DNA of 64,000 nt from an uncultured Nitrososphaerales archaeon. Its GTDB lineage: Archaea; Thermoproteota; Nitrososphaeria; Nitrososphaerales; Nitrososphaeraceae. This document shows, one piece after another, positions 23,587 through 34,760 of this stretch. A program made the position numbers and the translations under genes. Each line of letters opens with the position of its first letter. Position 1 is the first letter of the stretch. The stretch covers positions 352,001 through 416,000 of the forward strand of contig CAVQMO010000010.1 of assembly GCA_963713605.1 (NCBI GenBank). The letters are read 5' to 3'. Under the pieces are notes generated by a model. That model worked only from the letters and a program-made list of their open reading frames with translations, did no database searches and had not been told where the DNA came from.

Positions 23587-24529
23587 ATGAAGGTAGGCAT
23601 AACTCTGCCGCAAGTAGGAGAAATGGCAACAAGAGAAAATGTAATTGGATTAGCAAAGGCTGCTGATAGAGAAGAAGGAATTGACTCTTTATGGGTCTTA
23701 GATAGACTTTTGTGGCCCATGAAGCCGCAGACACCATACAGGGGAACTCAAGATGGGACTCTCCCAGTAAGTGCCCAGAATGTATTTGATCCAATAGAGC
23801 TGCTTACGTTTGCTGCTGCAAATACGGAGAAAATTACATTAGGGTCTTCTGTTATTGATATGCTATTCCAAAACCCTGTAATATTGGCAAAAAGATTTGC
23901 AACACTTGATGTTTTGTCTCAAGGGAGGGTTATATGTGGACTTGGTATAGGGTGGTCAAAGGATGAATACCAGTGTTGCAATATTCCATTTAAGAACAGA
24001 AGTAAGAGGGCTATTGAGTTTGTCGAAGTCTTAAAAAAGATATGGACAGAAGGTGTAGTCGAATTTAAAGGAGAGTTTTATAATATCCCAGCATCAAAAA
24101 TAGGCCCAAAACCTATGCAAAAACCAACTATCCCCATCTACCTCGGAGGTTGGAGTTCAAAAATGTTCTCAAGGTTAGTAAAAAGTGATGTCAATGGTTG
24201 GCTGGCATCGATGGGAGTTGGAATAGCATCTTTAGATTATTTACAGAATAATATCAAAATGTTAAAAGATGAGACTAGGAGAACAAATAAAAACAAAGAC
24301 AACTTTGAAGTTCTGGTTTTAACTTATCCCCAAACAGACTTTAAACCTTATAACACTGGCAAAAGGATCCCATTGACTGGAAATATTGATCAAATAGGAG
24401 GGGATATACTGAAGATTAAAGAAATGGGTGTAAGCCATATCATATTCTGTTATCTCTTTTCAGCAGAAAACAGTAATACTCAGGAAATGATCTCTTTGAC
24501 AAAGCAGACTTTCAAAGTTTACAAGATAA
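23587..24529 (+). CDS. LLM-class (luciferase-like) F420-dependent oxidoreductase; probable +1 frameshift at about 24508 causes the read-through to 24828
   Basis: MKVGITLPQ, DSLWVLDRLLWP, LAKRFATLDVLSQGR, GLGIGW, PKPMQKP.IPIYLGG; removing one A gives KQLSKFTR*. Confidence 0.88.
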
Positions 24530-24803
24530 AAAATAATGGACATTTATCTACACTTGAATTATTGCCTAATATTGCCTGGATATGTTATGACTTAAAGGGT
24601 GAGTGCCGAGGATTAGGAATATTAAGAATAGGGAGCCCACAGCTGATAGATTTGAGTATCCATATTGAAAGATCAATAATTCAGACACAAAAGTATAATG
24701 ATTTATTACATTATAACACTGAGGGCATTAGTTTAGCCGCACTCTCAAATCGTAAGAAATTTGCATTCTTACGATTTCTTATTCTAAATAATGTATTTTA
24801 TGA

Positions 24804-25165
24804 CTATAATATAGTGAGCATAAGTTGATTTATTTTCAAAGGCATATCTAGGTTATCCATCCATCTTAAAGGCAACAGTGTAGTGACAGCAGCAACAGTT
24901 GGCATATAAAAGACCATCTTTGGCATAAGCCAAGAAATAACTTCCTTACGTGTTGAAAGGTTCACGTTTCTAAGTACTGGACTAAGCAAAAGACCATAAA
25001 TATATCAGTCCCAATCCAAAGTATGGCTGTAAAAACATGTACGTAGTTAAGAAGGAGTAGATTAGCACTAAGATTCGCGACGATAAGCGCAACAACTGGA
25101 ATAAAAACCCAAAGGTTAGATCGAATAGATATTTCGGGAGGCTGCTTCTGTAAAGTACCTTCCAT
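24804..25165 (-). pseudogene. Frameshifted and truncated membrane protein
   Basis: NYVHVFTAILWIGTDIFM continues in another frame as LSPVLR...LMPKMVFYMPTVAAVTT, then degenerates. Confidence 0.55.
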
Positions 25166-25717
25166 GCCATTACTTTCACCACCGGTTACTATAAAATCAT
25201 TATTATCATATGATGATTACAGTAGTATTTATGTCCATTTTTCAACACTACTTGGATGTGGAAAAAATCAAAGAGTAATCAGAAAGTTTGAGGAAGTATC
25301 TCCACTTATTATTATAGAACTTCGGAGGAGCTTCCACATGTCAAGTTCATCTGAGAGAGAAAATAGACTAAGCAGTCTTGGCAGAAAACTGGGTCAGAGA
25401 GAAGTGAAAATTTCTTCAACAAAGAGATCACCGGCCCATTGTATTATTGCTTTTCAAATAGGATTTTCTAGTTTGTAAATAAGAGACCAACAAACAGAGT
25501 ATGTCACACTTGGACCAGTTTTAACCTGGCGATCATTTTATTCGCGTTCTACTTTCAGATGAGAAAGCTGCCAGCTACCTGAACAGTCATAGTTGTTAGA
25601 TATTATGGATGAGCATAAAAATTATGTCAGAATGGTTCATACACACCTTGTGCCCAACAGTTAGATGGTAGTGTGCTACATGATTTGAACCTACGAATTC
25701 ATTAACAAAGTCCTGAG

Positions 25718-25841
25718 CGTGAAAGTGATCAGATTTATTGGTGATATTGTATATCGTATAGATTTAGAACTAGTTACAGATAGTATTAACAAGCCCAAAC
25801 AACTGTTTTGACTAGGAAGTACTAGCCATAAATAATACAGA
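25718..25841 (+). repeat. 124-bp direct repeat, copy 2
   Basis: Near-identical to 19597..19720. Confidence 0.9.
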
Positions 25842-26079
25842 GAGCAATGATAGATACGTTGGTAGGATAACCTTCATCTCTCACTAGTATTGGTTCTAGT
25901 TAGATAGCAATAGACTCTCGCGCTCAAACATTTTAAAATATCGCTAGTGGTATCCAGTCAATCTACTATTTCGTTGACAAGTAATACGATGTATTCTACA
26001 ATATTCTATTTGAATGATGCGGTGTTATGCAACGTTTTTTAGCGTATTATGTTTACCAGTTGTAGTAGATTTGCAATAA

Positions 26080-26265
26080 CAGCAGCAACTAGCCGCCAAG
26101 ACTAATGAGGATATCATTAAGGAATATTTTGATGCAATGCAAACCGAAATCAATCCAAGTGCCAATTATGTAAAAACTAATCGAAATACGTTGAACAAAT
26201 TTTCACAATTCCATAAGAACAAACCCTTTGCAAATATGGGAAGATATCATCTACTACTTGAATAG
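26080..26265 (+). mobile_element. N-terminal relic of a tyrosine recombinase/integrase
   Basis: Manual translation NEDIIKEYFDAMQTEINPSANYVKTNRNTLNKFSQFHKNKPFANMG, then DIIYYLN in a shifted frame; resembles N-termini of Nitrososphaera-type integrases (recognition only). Confidence 0.6.
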
Positions 26266-26505
26266 ATGATATCCAGCGCAGCGTAGCAGTCGTTCCAAAA
26301 GGTATTCCTTCTCAGCTAACCGAATCACCCCTCTTAGCACAAGAATGGCCTGTTACTCATTTGTTCTAATTCGATTGAGAATGCGCGAAATGTACGAGAT
26401 GTAACAAAGGTTCTACATCTTAGAGAGAATGTAACTCTAGTAATTATTAAAAATTACGAAAACACAGGCAGCTCGATCAGAGAATTATTATCTCACCTTG
26501 TACTA

Positions 26506-26760
26506 TTATTTTACGTCGCCAAACCCTTCTCCACGATCTGATTTGAATCTCTCTAGTTCGTCCTTCTCGACTTTAAGTGACACTGAATGATGATATCCCT
26601 CTACCATGGGTTTAGGAATTTTATAATTTGTTCGTGCGCCTTAAGTAGAAACTACGACCGAAGTATCATCAACTGCGTCTACATTTCCTACTAGATCTCC
26701 CGCCTTAGATGTTACCATCTTGTGGAGAGCAGCTTCCCAATCATAAATTTCTGGTGCATG
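26506..26760 (-). pseudogene. PRC-barrel-like paralog with an in-frame stop
   Basis: YDWEAALHKMVTSKAGDLVGNVDAVDDTSVVVST*GARTNYKIPKPMVEGY...; TAA at 26641-26643; no in-frame ATG at the expected start. Confidence 0.7.
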
Positions 26761-27140
26761 TATCGATGTAAAACTTATCAGTTTGTAAGGGTCATAATGT
26801 GCTAGACGAAATAGATGTCCGAGTAGAACTAGGAATCTTTCCATTATCGAGGGGGTCGGTATTATTGGAATGAATGTTATCAGCACTAGCGGTAATGCAA
26901 CAGTAACTAACGGAACACAAACAGACCTTCCTCAGGGAACCATTGGTTGATGCATCAAATGAGATTGGAACGCTACGGATAGCGCTTAATTTATCCCAAG
27001 AATATATGAAGATAGCTGTCATGCCCGGTACCGTGCTTCTAGTTCTTTCAGTTCTGAGCGATTGACCTAAAATGGGCCACTCTTGGGCTAGAGTGTCATG
27101 TATACGAAATAGTGTACAGATTTCTGAGTTTTTACAAATC

Positions 27141-27296
27141 TGTATACAACCATTGTATACAACCCCTTTTGTATACCGTCGTTCAGTAGACTTCACGCTC
27201 AACATACTGAACGACCTAAATTGAACGGCATAATTTAGAACACTGTTCAATAGCTTGCCTTAGGGGGATTCGTTCAAGTCGTCCAAGTCGTTCAAC
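27141..27296. repeat. Cluster of short iterated motifs
   Basis: TGTATAC at 27141, 27154, 27170; TCGTYCAA x3 in tandem at 27270-27296 plus inverted TGAACG copies near 27208 and 27222. Confidence 0.6.
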
Positions 27297-27683
27297 TAGG
27301 ATTCAACCAAGTTATATACTAGGAATTTCTTAGGCATAGGCTGTATGTCGTCATCAATTTTGCCCCCTAAGACTATATTCAATATAGTTTAGGGCTAAAT
27401 GTTTATGGAGTTACGGCATTTTCATTCGATGTATTTAATTGATTGTTTAGAATTTCGAATATAACTGATTATAAAGGTGTTAAGTAGGCCAGATCGAACA
27501 ATATTAACTTTGACTAACGAGAGTCCCCCCCTTTGATGACACCGACTTATCGATATCTCATTAAATTAGTCGTCTGGACATGTTTCTTATTCTTATTCTT
27601 ATTCCCGTTACTATAATCCTAATCTCATCTGAAATCGCTATAGTTTAAAATCATAAATAATGCCTAAGCCATATACACCATAA

Positions 27684-27938
27684 GTGAATGATATGTCTGA
27701 AAGGATAGCAAAAGACCGTGACATAGAATTAGAAAACATTATCGGAAACTTGATGATCGCTGAATATCAAGTCGATAAACTCCAATCTAGATTGAGCGAG
27801 AGGGTAGGGGGTTTAGGATCAGGGAGCAACAAGAAATCCTCTTCATTTGTGTTTAAGAAAAATGATAAATGGTATAGAGTCACTCTTTCCGTTGAGGAGA
27901 TGACTAACATAGATATTATTGATGATGATATGGCATAA
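27684..27938 (+). CDS. Hypothetical protein
   Basis: 84-aa ORF with protein-like composition; TATA-like element upstream. Confidence 0.55.
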   Translation: MNDMSERIAKDRDIELENIIGNLMIAEYQVDKLQSRLSERVGGLGSGSNKKSSSFVFKKNDKWYRVTLSVEEMTNIDIIDDDMA

Positions 27939-28054
27939 GTTACTTACTTCACTAATGCGTCAAACCGTGTCGGATATGATGTTAATTAATATATCTCTTT
28001 ACCATTATACATCTATAATACCAAATTAGGTTAAGTAGGATTTGCCGCTGAATC

Positions 28055-28752
28055 TTAAACTAATATTCTAGTCCCTATTTTAGTACCCTGATTTAATAAC
28101 TCTGATAATGTTAGTAACGCTAGCTCGTAATATCACAGTAGGGATTCTTGAGCGTTCTATGATCTTTAAAGCAACCATATCCATCAGATCGTTACTTCCC
28201 TGCCATTGAGCTATTTTTACCTAATACCTCTATGCATTTATCAACGGTAATCCTCTTGAACGCCTTTGCATTTCGATTAATATTTGGATCAGAGTCATAG
28301 ATCCCACTGACATCTGTCGCGTTTACGAATACCTGAGCTTTAACCTTTTCAGCGACCAATGCAGAAGTTGCGTTAGTACTCTGACCAGGATGTAATCCTC
28401 CTAAAATCACCGGTTTTCCTGTCTCAGCTGCAATTGAGACTTCTTCGAGATTTGTGGGTACCTTTGGATAGACACAGCTATGTACTGAATTAAGCAGTAA
28501 TTTGGCATTAAGTCTAGAAACCTCTATACCCAGTAAATCCAGACTTGCTTCGTCACTTCCAAGTTCTCGTGCAAGATCGATATAATGCCGAGCAATATTT
28601 CCTCCTCCTGCAATAACTACCGGTTGTACATGTTTGCTCAATTCAGTTATCATCATTCCGTATTCCCTAATGGATTTCGACTTTGCACTACTACCAAAAA
28701 TGCTACCACTAAGTTTAATGACTACCCTTTTTTTCCTGAACAGTTTACTCAT
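28055..28752 (-). CDS. pyrH: UMP kinase; two +1 frameshifts near the C-terminus (about 28192 and 28087)
   Basis: VIKLSGS, AGGGNIARHYI, GGLHPGQSTNA, NATDVSGIYDSDP; corrected tail reads YDLMDMVALKIIERSRIP...GTKIGTRILV*. Confidence 0.93.
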
Positions 28753-28775
28753 TGATCCTCTGACTTTTTGATCCC

Positions 28776-30011
28776 TCAACTTGGGTCTCCGAGCACCTTA
28801 TGGATAGTTGAAGTCACTGCATTTCTGCTCTCAGCGGTTGTGTATATCCTCAACATATCCAGAAATCCTGTGATTGAATTGATGACAGGAATTTCTGAGA
28901 CAGGGGTATCGTATGCCCGTTCATTGTCTACTAGAATAATGGAATTAATTTCTTCTTTTGAGGGAGTAAGTGGCATTGAAGGTGCTCTAGATGCGTCCAC
29001 GAAAACAGTATTCTCATGGACTCCTGCAACATCGCATATACGAAGTCTTAACTCTTCAAGTGTCGAGAGGCTCATCTTGTTGTACAACCTGTCTCGCTTA
29101 TGTAAAAATTTTTCATAGACACATTTTAGTAACCGTCTATCTCGGTAGTCACTAGCTAACTTTGCTACATTTTCATCCTTGTCAAATGAACAAATTTGTT
29201 CAAGAGTAATCTCATCAGTTAGTTTGAGGAATTTGTCAAGTGAAATCTTTGTGATTTGTAAGTAGTTATCTGCTTGTGCTAACGAATGAAGCAACATTAC
29301 CTCAGCTGATTTAACTGTCTTGTGGAAATAGACTGCTTTGAACATTTCGTATCTAGATATAAGCATTGATTCAAATGAATAAAGTGCAGACTTATTAATT
29401 GCCAAATGTCCTGTTGCCACCACTTCAAAGGAGGCTATTAGCCTGTGGTAGTCAATCTTGCCGTATTCAGCTCCGGTAAATAGACTATCCCGTGGCAAGT
29501 AATCCATGATATCAGCGGATAAGCTGCCGGCAATTATTTCATTTAAGAAACTTGATTTAGACTCACCAAATGATAGCCTGCATATATCCAAAGGAGTAAA
29601 CCCATGCCCTCTTAAAACGTCTCCAATTTCACTTTCGAGTATCACTTTTTTCCCCATATCTTCATGTGTCATCCTGTATTTACTCTCCAAAACCTCTTCG
29701 AAAAGATGAGAAAAGGGTCCATGGCCAACATCATGTAGTAGAGCAGCTAACCTCAATTGTTGTATATTGTCTTCATTATCGATGAAGCCCTTTCTCAGAA
29801 GGCTCTCTCCAGCGTACCCCGCAACGTGCATCGTACCTAATGAATGTTCAAATCGAGAATGCTGTGCACTGGGATAGACAAGGTGAGCTCCGGCAAGTTG
29901 TCTAATCCTTCGCAACCTCTGAAAAACAGAGGTATCGATAAGGTCTCGCTCGATTGCAGTGAAGCTGATATATCTATGAACTGGGTCAGTAATTTCGCCA
30001 ATAAACTTCAT
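28776..30011 (-). CDS. HD-domain phosphohydrolase (SAMHD1/dNTPase-like)
   Basis: DPVH, FQRLRRIRQL, HSRFEHSLG, LLHDVGHGPFSH, DIMDYL.RD, VYFHK. Confidence 0.93.
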   Translation of the reverse strand: MKFIGEITDPVHRYISFTAIERDLIDTSVFQRLRRIRQLAGAHLVYPSAQHSRFEHSLGTMHVAGYAGESLLRKGFIDNEDNIQQLRLAALLHDVGHGPFSHLFEEVLESKYRMTHEDMGKKVILESEIGDVLRGHGFTPLDICRLSFGESKSSFLNEIIAGSLSADIMDYLPRDSLFTGAEYGKIDYHRLIASFEVVATGHLAINKSALYSFESMLISRYEMFKAVYFHKTVKSAEVMLLHSLAQADNYLQITKISLDKFLKLTDEITLEQICSFDKDENVAKLASDYRDRRLLKCVYEKFLHKRDRLYNKMSLSTLEELRLRICDVAGVHENTVFVDASRAPSMPLTPSKEEINSIILVDNERAYDTPVSEIPVINSITGFLDMLRIYTTAESRNAVTSTIHKVLGDPS

Positions 30012-30124
30012 GGAGCGTACCTCATAATCGGGGATTGTTCTTTAATAGATTATCTGCAGAAATTCGCCGTCTTGCAATAATAGTTAAATGACATTCTTTC
30101 TATTATCTGGACGCTTTTTGAGCC

Positions 30125-30604
30125 TTATGCATTTGTCATCCTTGTAACTTCTTTAAGCAGATCATAGTTGTCAATTGGCTTTTTGAGAATGTTACAACCG
30201 GGGAATTTACTTAAGGCCAGATCAAATACCATCTCTCCCGCAGTTATAAAGCATACTTTGACCTTGCTATCGATTTTTCGAAGCTTGTTGCACAACGCCA
30301 GCCCATCCATCTTTGGCATTCTAATATCAATCAGGAGAAGATCGTACAAACCTGGTTTGAAATTATCCAGTGCTGCGAATGGATCATTAAAAACATCTAC
30401 TGAAAATTGATCCTCGAGGACAATCCTCAAAGTAACGTTAACATCGTCCTCGTCGTCTACAACCATTATTCTCTTTCTCATCTGATGGTCGCTTGTCATT
30501 GCTGCTGCATGGTATTGTACGCCACCGCTGAAACTTTCCTCATTACGTTGCCGCTGTGTAAACGAAAACGATGATGTCGATGTCATTTCGGGGGCAGGTA
30601 TCAA
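30125..30604 (-). CDS. Response regulator receiver protein
   Basis: VVDDE, LIDIRMP, FITA, KKP; start uncertain. Confidence 0.9.
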   Translation of the reverse strand: MIPAPEMTSTSSFSFTQRQRNEESFSGGVQYHAAAMTSDHQMRKRIMVVDDEDDVNVTLRIVLEDQFSVDVFNDPFAALDNFKPGLYDLLLIDIRMPKMDGLALCNKLRKIDSKVKVCFITAGEMVFDLALSKFPGCNILKKPIDNYDLLKEVTRMTNA

Positions 30605-30819
30605 TTAATTATCGTTGTAATAGATAAGTATTACCTGCCAATTGGAATGGAATATCTGTAATACCTGATAACAATAACACACAACTTTAATGTGGAGGCA
30701 TTTACAGGTTTTTGATCTCGCGAATTGGGTTCATTAACCATTTCTAGTCTTTTCATGCTAAGGTAGCATATGACAATTTAGTATCACCAAATGAAGGACC
30801 CGTAGTGAGGTAGAGCAAT

Positions 30820-31077
30820 CTACCAATGCGGATTATAACGCTCGAGGTAATTTAGGCCCTCTTTAGTTATAATAAGCTCATTCACGAAATTTCGTTCTAC
30901 TAGACGGATATCACTTAAAACTGCTAACCATGTCTTAACAATCTGTCCATCTCCGATGAATCTTTCTACAATCTGATCTTCATTCTTGCCCTCAGATACA
31001 CACCTAAGTATGTACAACGCAGATTGAAGCTCAGAAAGTCTGTTGACATAGGAATTTCTTTTTATCGTATTCACCAA
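30820..31077 (-). CDS. Small winged-helix-like protein
   Basis: C-terminal wing pattern LVER...IITKEGLNYL. Confidence 0.65.
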   Translation of the reverse strand: MVNTIKRNSYVNRLSELQSALYILRCVSEGKNEDQIVERFIGDGQIVKTWLAVLSDIRLVERNFVNELIITKEGLNYLERYNPHW

Positions 31078-31212
31078 TCTTATTTCCCTTAGCGATATAA
31101 CACAGGCAGTTGATAGTTATTGCGCTTAGAGCTTAATAGCATTTGAGCAAGTATTTACCGTAAATTTCCAATGGATTAATCTTCTAAAAGCAGAGATATT
31201 TTCTCTATAACT

Positions 31213-31530
31213 ATGTGCTGTAAATCGTTATTAAATTTCAAATCCAAATATGGTGCTGCAGACGATATTCAAAGGACTGTTGAACTTAGTCAAAAAAATA
31301 TAACATTGTTGCTTAAATGGCTATCGTCGGAGAATAAACACACGAAGCTGAACCCGAACCAGAGATCGATCGAGATACAAAAAGTTTTACAAAATATCAA
31401 GAAATATTGTAAAATTAATGATGACAATAGCGATGAACAGCTCTTAGCGTACATTGCAAGGAATACTCCAATTGGTACTCAGGAAACTATCATTTATGGA
31501 TCAAAACAGTTCGAGATAGACGATTTCTAA
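31213..31530 (+). CDS. Hypothetical protein
   Basis: 105-aa ORF, no recognisable motif. Confidence 0.4.
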   Translation: MCCKSLLNFKSKYGAADDIQRTVELSQKNITLLLKWLSSENKHTKLNPNQRSIEIQKVLQNIKKYCKINDDNSDEQLLAYIARNTPIGTQETIIYGSKQFEIDDF

Positions 31531-31726
31531 TAATGATGGCAAAAAATATAGTTAGAAAATACTCGCTCTTTCCATCTAACAAGCGAAGATTTAGTGAGTG
31601 AACATCAGGAAGATTCTAGAACACTCGTATAACCTACTATGATGATATCTACTGGACCAAAAATCTGATCATAAATGTAGAAGTTTTTATTTGGATCGAG
31701 AATTCTACCTGAACATGCCCCTCAAG

Positions 31727-32044
31727 CTAGGAAACGGTCCTTATAGTTCCCTTATATTCCTCTAACCCATCAAGAAGCATCTGTTGGACAATCTTGCGCC
31801 CTTCTTCCAAGGTCAATGGCTTTGACTGGGCTTTTGCGTAGCCATCATTGTCACAGATGAATAGCATCATCTCGTTTTCTCTAATCATTGACCCTGCAAG
31901 CATTTCTTCACCTACGGGTTCGAATCCCTTATCGGTCTGTTTGATCGTATAAGTGAGCATAGCAAAACCAGTATAGTTAAATAACTTCAACTGCGCTTCT
32001 CTTGATCTCTCAGATCCCAAAATGGCAGCTTTATGATATTGCAT
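31727..32044 (-). CDS. Hypothetical protein (probably conserved in the lineage)
   Basis: 105-aa ORF with globular composition. Confidence 0.7.
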   Translation of the reverse strand: MQYHKAAILGSERSREAQLKLFNYTGFAMLTYTIKQTDKGFEPVGEEMLAGSMIRENEMMLFICDNDGYAKAQSKPLTLEEGRKIVQQMLLDGLEEYKGTIRTVS

Positions 32045-32136
32045 ATATTAATAAATTACCTCTTGCGGTATTGTTGATAAGGCGCTAGGAATTCAAAATG
32101 CATTGTATTAAGATTAGACATAAGTTTTAATCACGA

Positions 32137-32631
32137 TTAATTGCTTTCGTCACGCGCAATTGAAGTAGTATTTGTATTTGTCATATCGACTAATGATTTT
32201 AATGATCTGTACCTATTATAGTCATTAAGTAGGATTTTTGCCAAATGTTTTGTAATGTCCGTAACACTAAGCAAACCACATATTCTATTATCTTCCTCTA
32301 AAACGACTAGGTGTTTAATCTGATTCTGTGTCATGATCCTGGAAGCGGTATCTACCGAATCGTAGGCCATAATAGTGATCAAGGGTGATGACATTATTTC
32401 CTCTACAGTAAATCTACTCGCTGATATGTCTTTTAAACAAACACGTCTAACTAAATCTTTTTCAGTAACAATGCCGATCGGTTTTGTCATCCTGTCTATC
32501 ACGATCACAGAGCTTATCTTTTTCTTGACCATAATCTCAGCAACGTCCCTGGCTGTTTTGCCAGATTCTGAAGTGATCGTGACAGTATCCTCGCTAGACA
32601 TTATCTCGCTTACAGCGCTCACGGCTATCAT
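32137..32631 (-). CDS. CBS-pair domain protein
   Basis: ISSVIV...PIGIVTEKD; IMSSPLITI; IKHLVV...GLLSVTDI. Confidence 0.9.
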   Translation of the reverse strand: MIAVSAVSEIMSSEDTVTITSESGKTARDVAEIMVKKKISSVIVIDRMTKPIGIVTEKDLVRRVCLKDISASRFTVEEIMSSPLITIMAYDSVDTASRIMTQNQIKHLVVLEEDNRICGLLSVTDITKHLAKILLNDYNRYRSLKSLVDMTNTNTTSIARDESN

Positions 32632-33435
32632 ATGATCATATGCCTTTTTTAAATTACTCGATTCCCGCCCTGCCTTTCAATATGCAGAACGAATTCTGTG
32701 TACACTACGCCAAGTCTGTTAACCATGGTGTTCATCTCATTCGTTAAACATTATCGATGGCCTCATAGGATTTTTCATACACTCCCATTTGCGATTTATC
32801 TCAACCAGAGTCATGTCTGATAGCTGCCCATCAGTAATAAGCACGTGAGTAGTATTGCATTTCTTCTTCATTAATCAAAATTCTTAGATGACAATCCCTG
32901 CATAACATATACTTTGAAGATACAGGTAGTTCTTTCTTGCATTTACTGCAGAATCTTCGTAGCATCCAAATAATACCGACGATTCCTTTATAATATGGTT
33001 TAATCAATTAACCAACTTTACTTACCACAAATAGCATTCGAATCGTTTCTCAGGATGTTTAGAAAATGGACTAAATCTATCATGTTCTTGACCTATATAG
33101 CCTGTATACTAATGACTTTGACAGTCAAGTTCAAAATATTGTCTTTCTATTCAAATTATCTAAATCGCAGATTAGTGAGCAAAGCAAAAGAGACTGCTAC
33201 ATGCTGCGAGGCAGGCACTCGGTAAAACATTCTTATTATTTGTTGCACAGACCGTTTAAGAAGACGAAGGAAAAAACCAAAAGTGATATTCCTCCTCATT
33301 TTGTCTACCTGGTAGATGATGTGAGAACAAATTTTATTGTCAGCTTTCGTATTAACGCATTAAATGAACACTTTGTAATTTTTTAATTACAATATAAACC
33401 CCTGACTTTTATACAATTGCAATAATTAACCAGCA

Positions 33436-34431
33436 ATGGAACTTCCCAGAAGGAGAGGCAAATCATTGTCATATCAATATCATCTCCAAGAGGATATTCG
33501 GCAAAAAGACAAACAAGTAGAAAAAGGTATTAAAGCAAATTACTCGTCTAATGTACTTTGTCGTTCATGTGACTCCATCTGGATGATCTTCGACGGATCG
33601 ACTGGCGAAACTATTTGTACGAAATGCGGTGCTGTCATAACTGATAGGCCTACGGAGATTGGCCCAAGTTCTGTCGAATCATTTAGCAATTCTGTTTCGC
33701 TTGCCTTTCCTGATAAAGGTCTTTCAACAGTTATCATGAGTGCGAATATTGACGCTTCCGGCTCAACATTAAATCACGACCAGATTCAAAACGTAAACAA
33801 GATTAGATATTTGGATAAGGTTTCAAATAATAATAGAACTCAAATTAGAAACCTCAAGAATGCATTTGTTACTATGGCCGCGATCAGAGATAAATTGACA
33901 CTCACGGATCCAGTCATGGAAAGAGCTGCTTACTATTATCGTAAAACACTCCACAACAAACTCATAAAAGGGAGATCTATTCGGGAAATGGTGGTTGCTT
34001 CCATCTATGCTTCTTGTAAGGAGATGGAAGTACCAAGAACTTTGTGCGAAATATGCGATGCAGCTAATGCAGATCCTATATTTGCAGGTAAATGTTACAG
34101 AACTATGGCAAGAGAGCTAAGGATAAGTCCATTAATCGTTGATTCTACGAAATACATCTCAAAAGTTGCCGACATCGCCTGTGTCAGCCAGAAAACATAC
34201 AGAAGAGCCGTAGAAATGTTAGATATAGTAAAGAAACATGCAATCTCCTACGGAAAGGATCCAAAGGCGCTTGCAACTGCAGTTCTTTATGCTGCTTGCA
34301 TAAAAGAAAATGAACTCAAAGTTAGTCAGGCAAAGATAGCAGCCGCAGGGAGCATCAGCGTTGTTACATTGAGGAAAAGATTTTCAGATATTTTAAGAAT
34401 AATACCAAGGGATAATAATAGTTATGCATGA
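33436..34431 (+). CDS. tfb: Transcription initiation factor IIB paralog
   Basis: CRSC...GETICTKCG Zn ribbon, DKGLST, LIKGRSI, PRTL, GKDP...A, VTLRKR cyclin repeats. Confidence 0.93.
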   Translation: MELPRRRGKSLSYQYHLQEDIRQKDKQVEKGIKANYSSNVLCRSCDSIWMIFDGSTGETICTKCGAVITDRPTEIGPSSVESFSNSVSLAFPDKGLSTVIMSANIDASGSTLNHDQIQNVNKIRYLDKVSNNNRTQIRNLKNAFVTMAAIRDKLTLTDPVMERAAYYYRKTLHNKLIKGRSIREMVVASIYASCKEMEVPRTLCEICDAANADPIFAGKCYRTMARELRISPLIVDSTKYISKVADIACVSQKTYRRAVEMLDIVKKHAISYGKDPKALATAVLYAACIKENELKVSQAKIAAAGSISVVTLRKRFSDILRIIPRDNNSYA

Positions 34432-34760
34432 ATGCAGCGGCTAAAGTCAAGACATGATGAAAACGTGAAGATCCGATCAGCGTCAGACGTGTCAAAAGCA
34501 AGCAAACTTTTAATTGCTCTTCGATTTGAGTTTATAACTTTTTGTGGGTTATTGTTGTCCACCGGCTGGACGCTTGCTTCGCGTGATCCGAATTATCATC
34601 TTTTACTTGATCTTTTAGGCGATTGCCTTCGTGAATGGCAATCATATTTTGTTTCATCTACTAATCCGAGGCAGAAGACATGCATTGTCAAATGCGTCAA
34701 ACAATGATTTTGTCTGTCACAAAACACTATTAACTGCCTCAAGATCCAAAATCAGAAGAT

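Noticed and set aside
24530..24828. Novel 100-aa C-terminal extension on the LLM oxidoreductase
   Set aside because: Explained by read-through after a +1 insertion at about 24508; the extension has no protein-like motif.
26792..27250. 152-aa minus-strand ORF
   Set aside because: TTG start, no recognisable motif, and it overlaps the short-repeat array; probably spurious.
28055..28752. Programmed frameshifting or true pseudogenisation of pyrH and other split genes
   Set aside because: No shared slippery motif at the sites; uniform +1 insertions fit sequencing error better.
34432..34707. 91-aa ORF directly after tfb, and similar short ORFs at 1209, 16556, 25164, 33201 and 40432
   Set aside because: No motifs or convincing coding features; cannot be supported from sequence alone.
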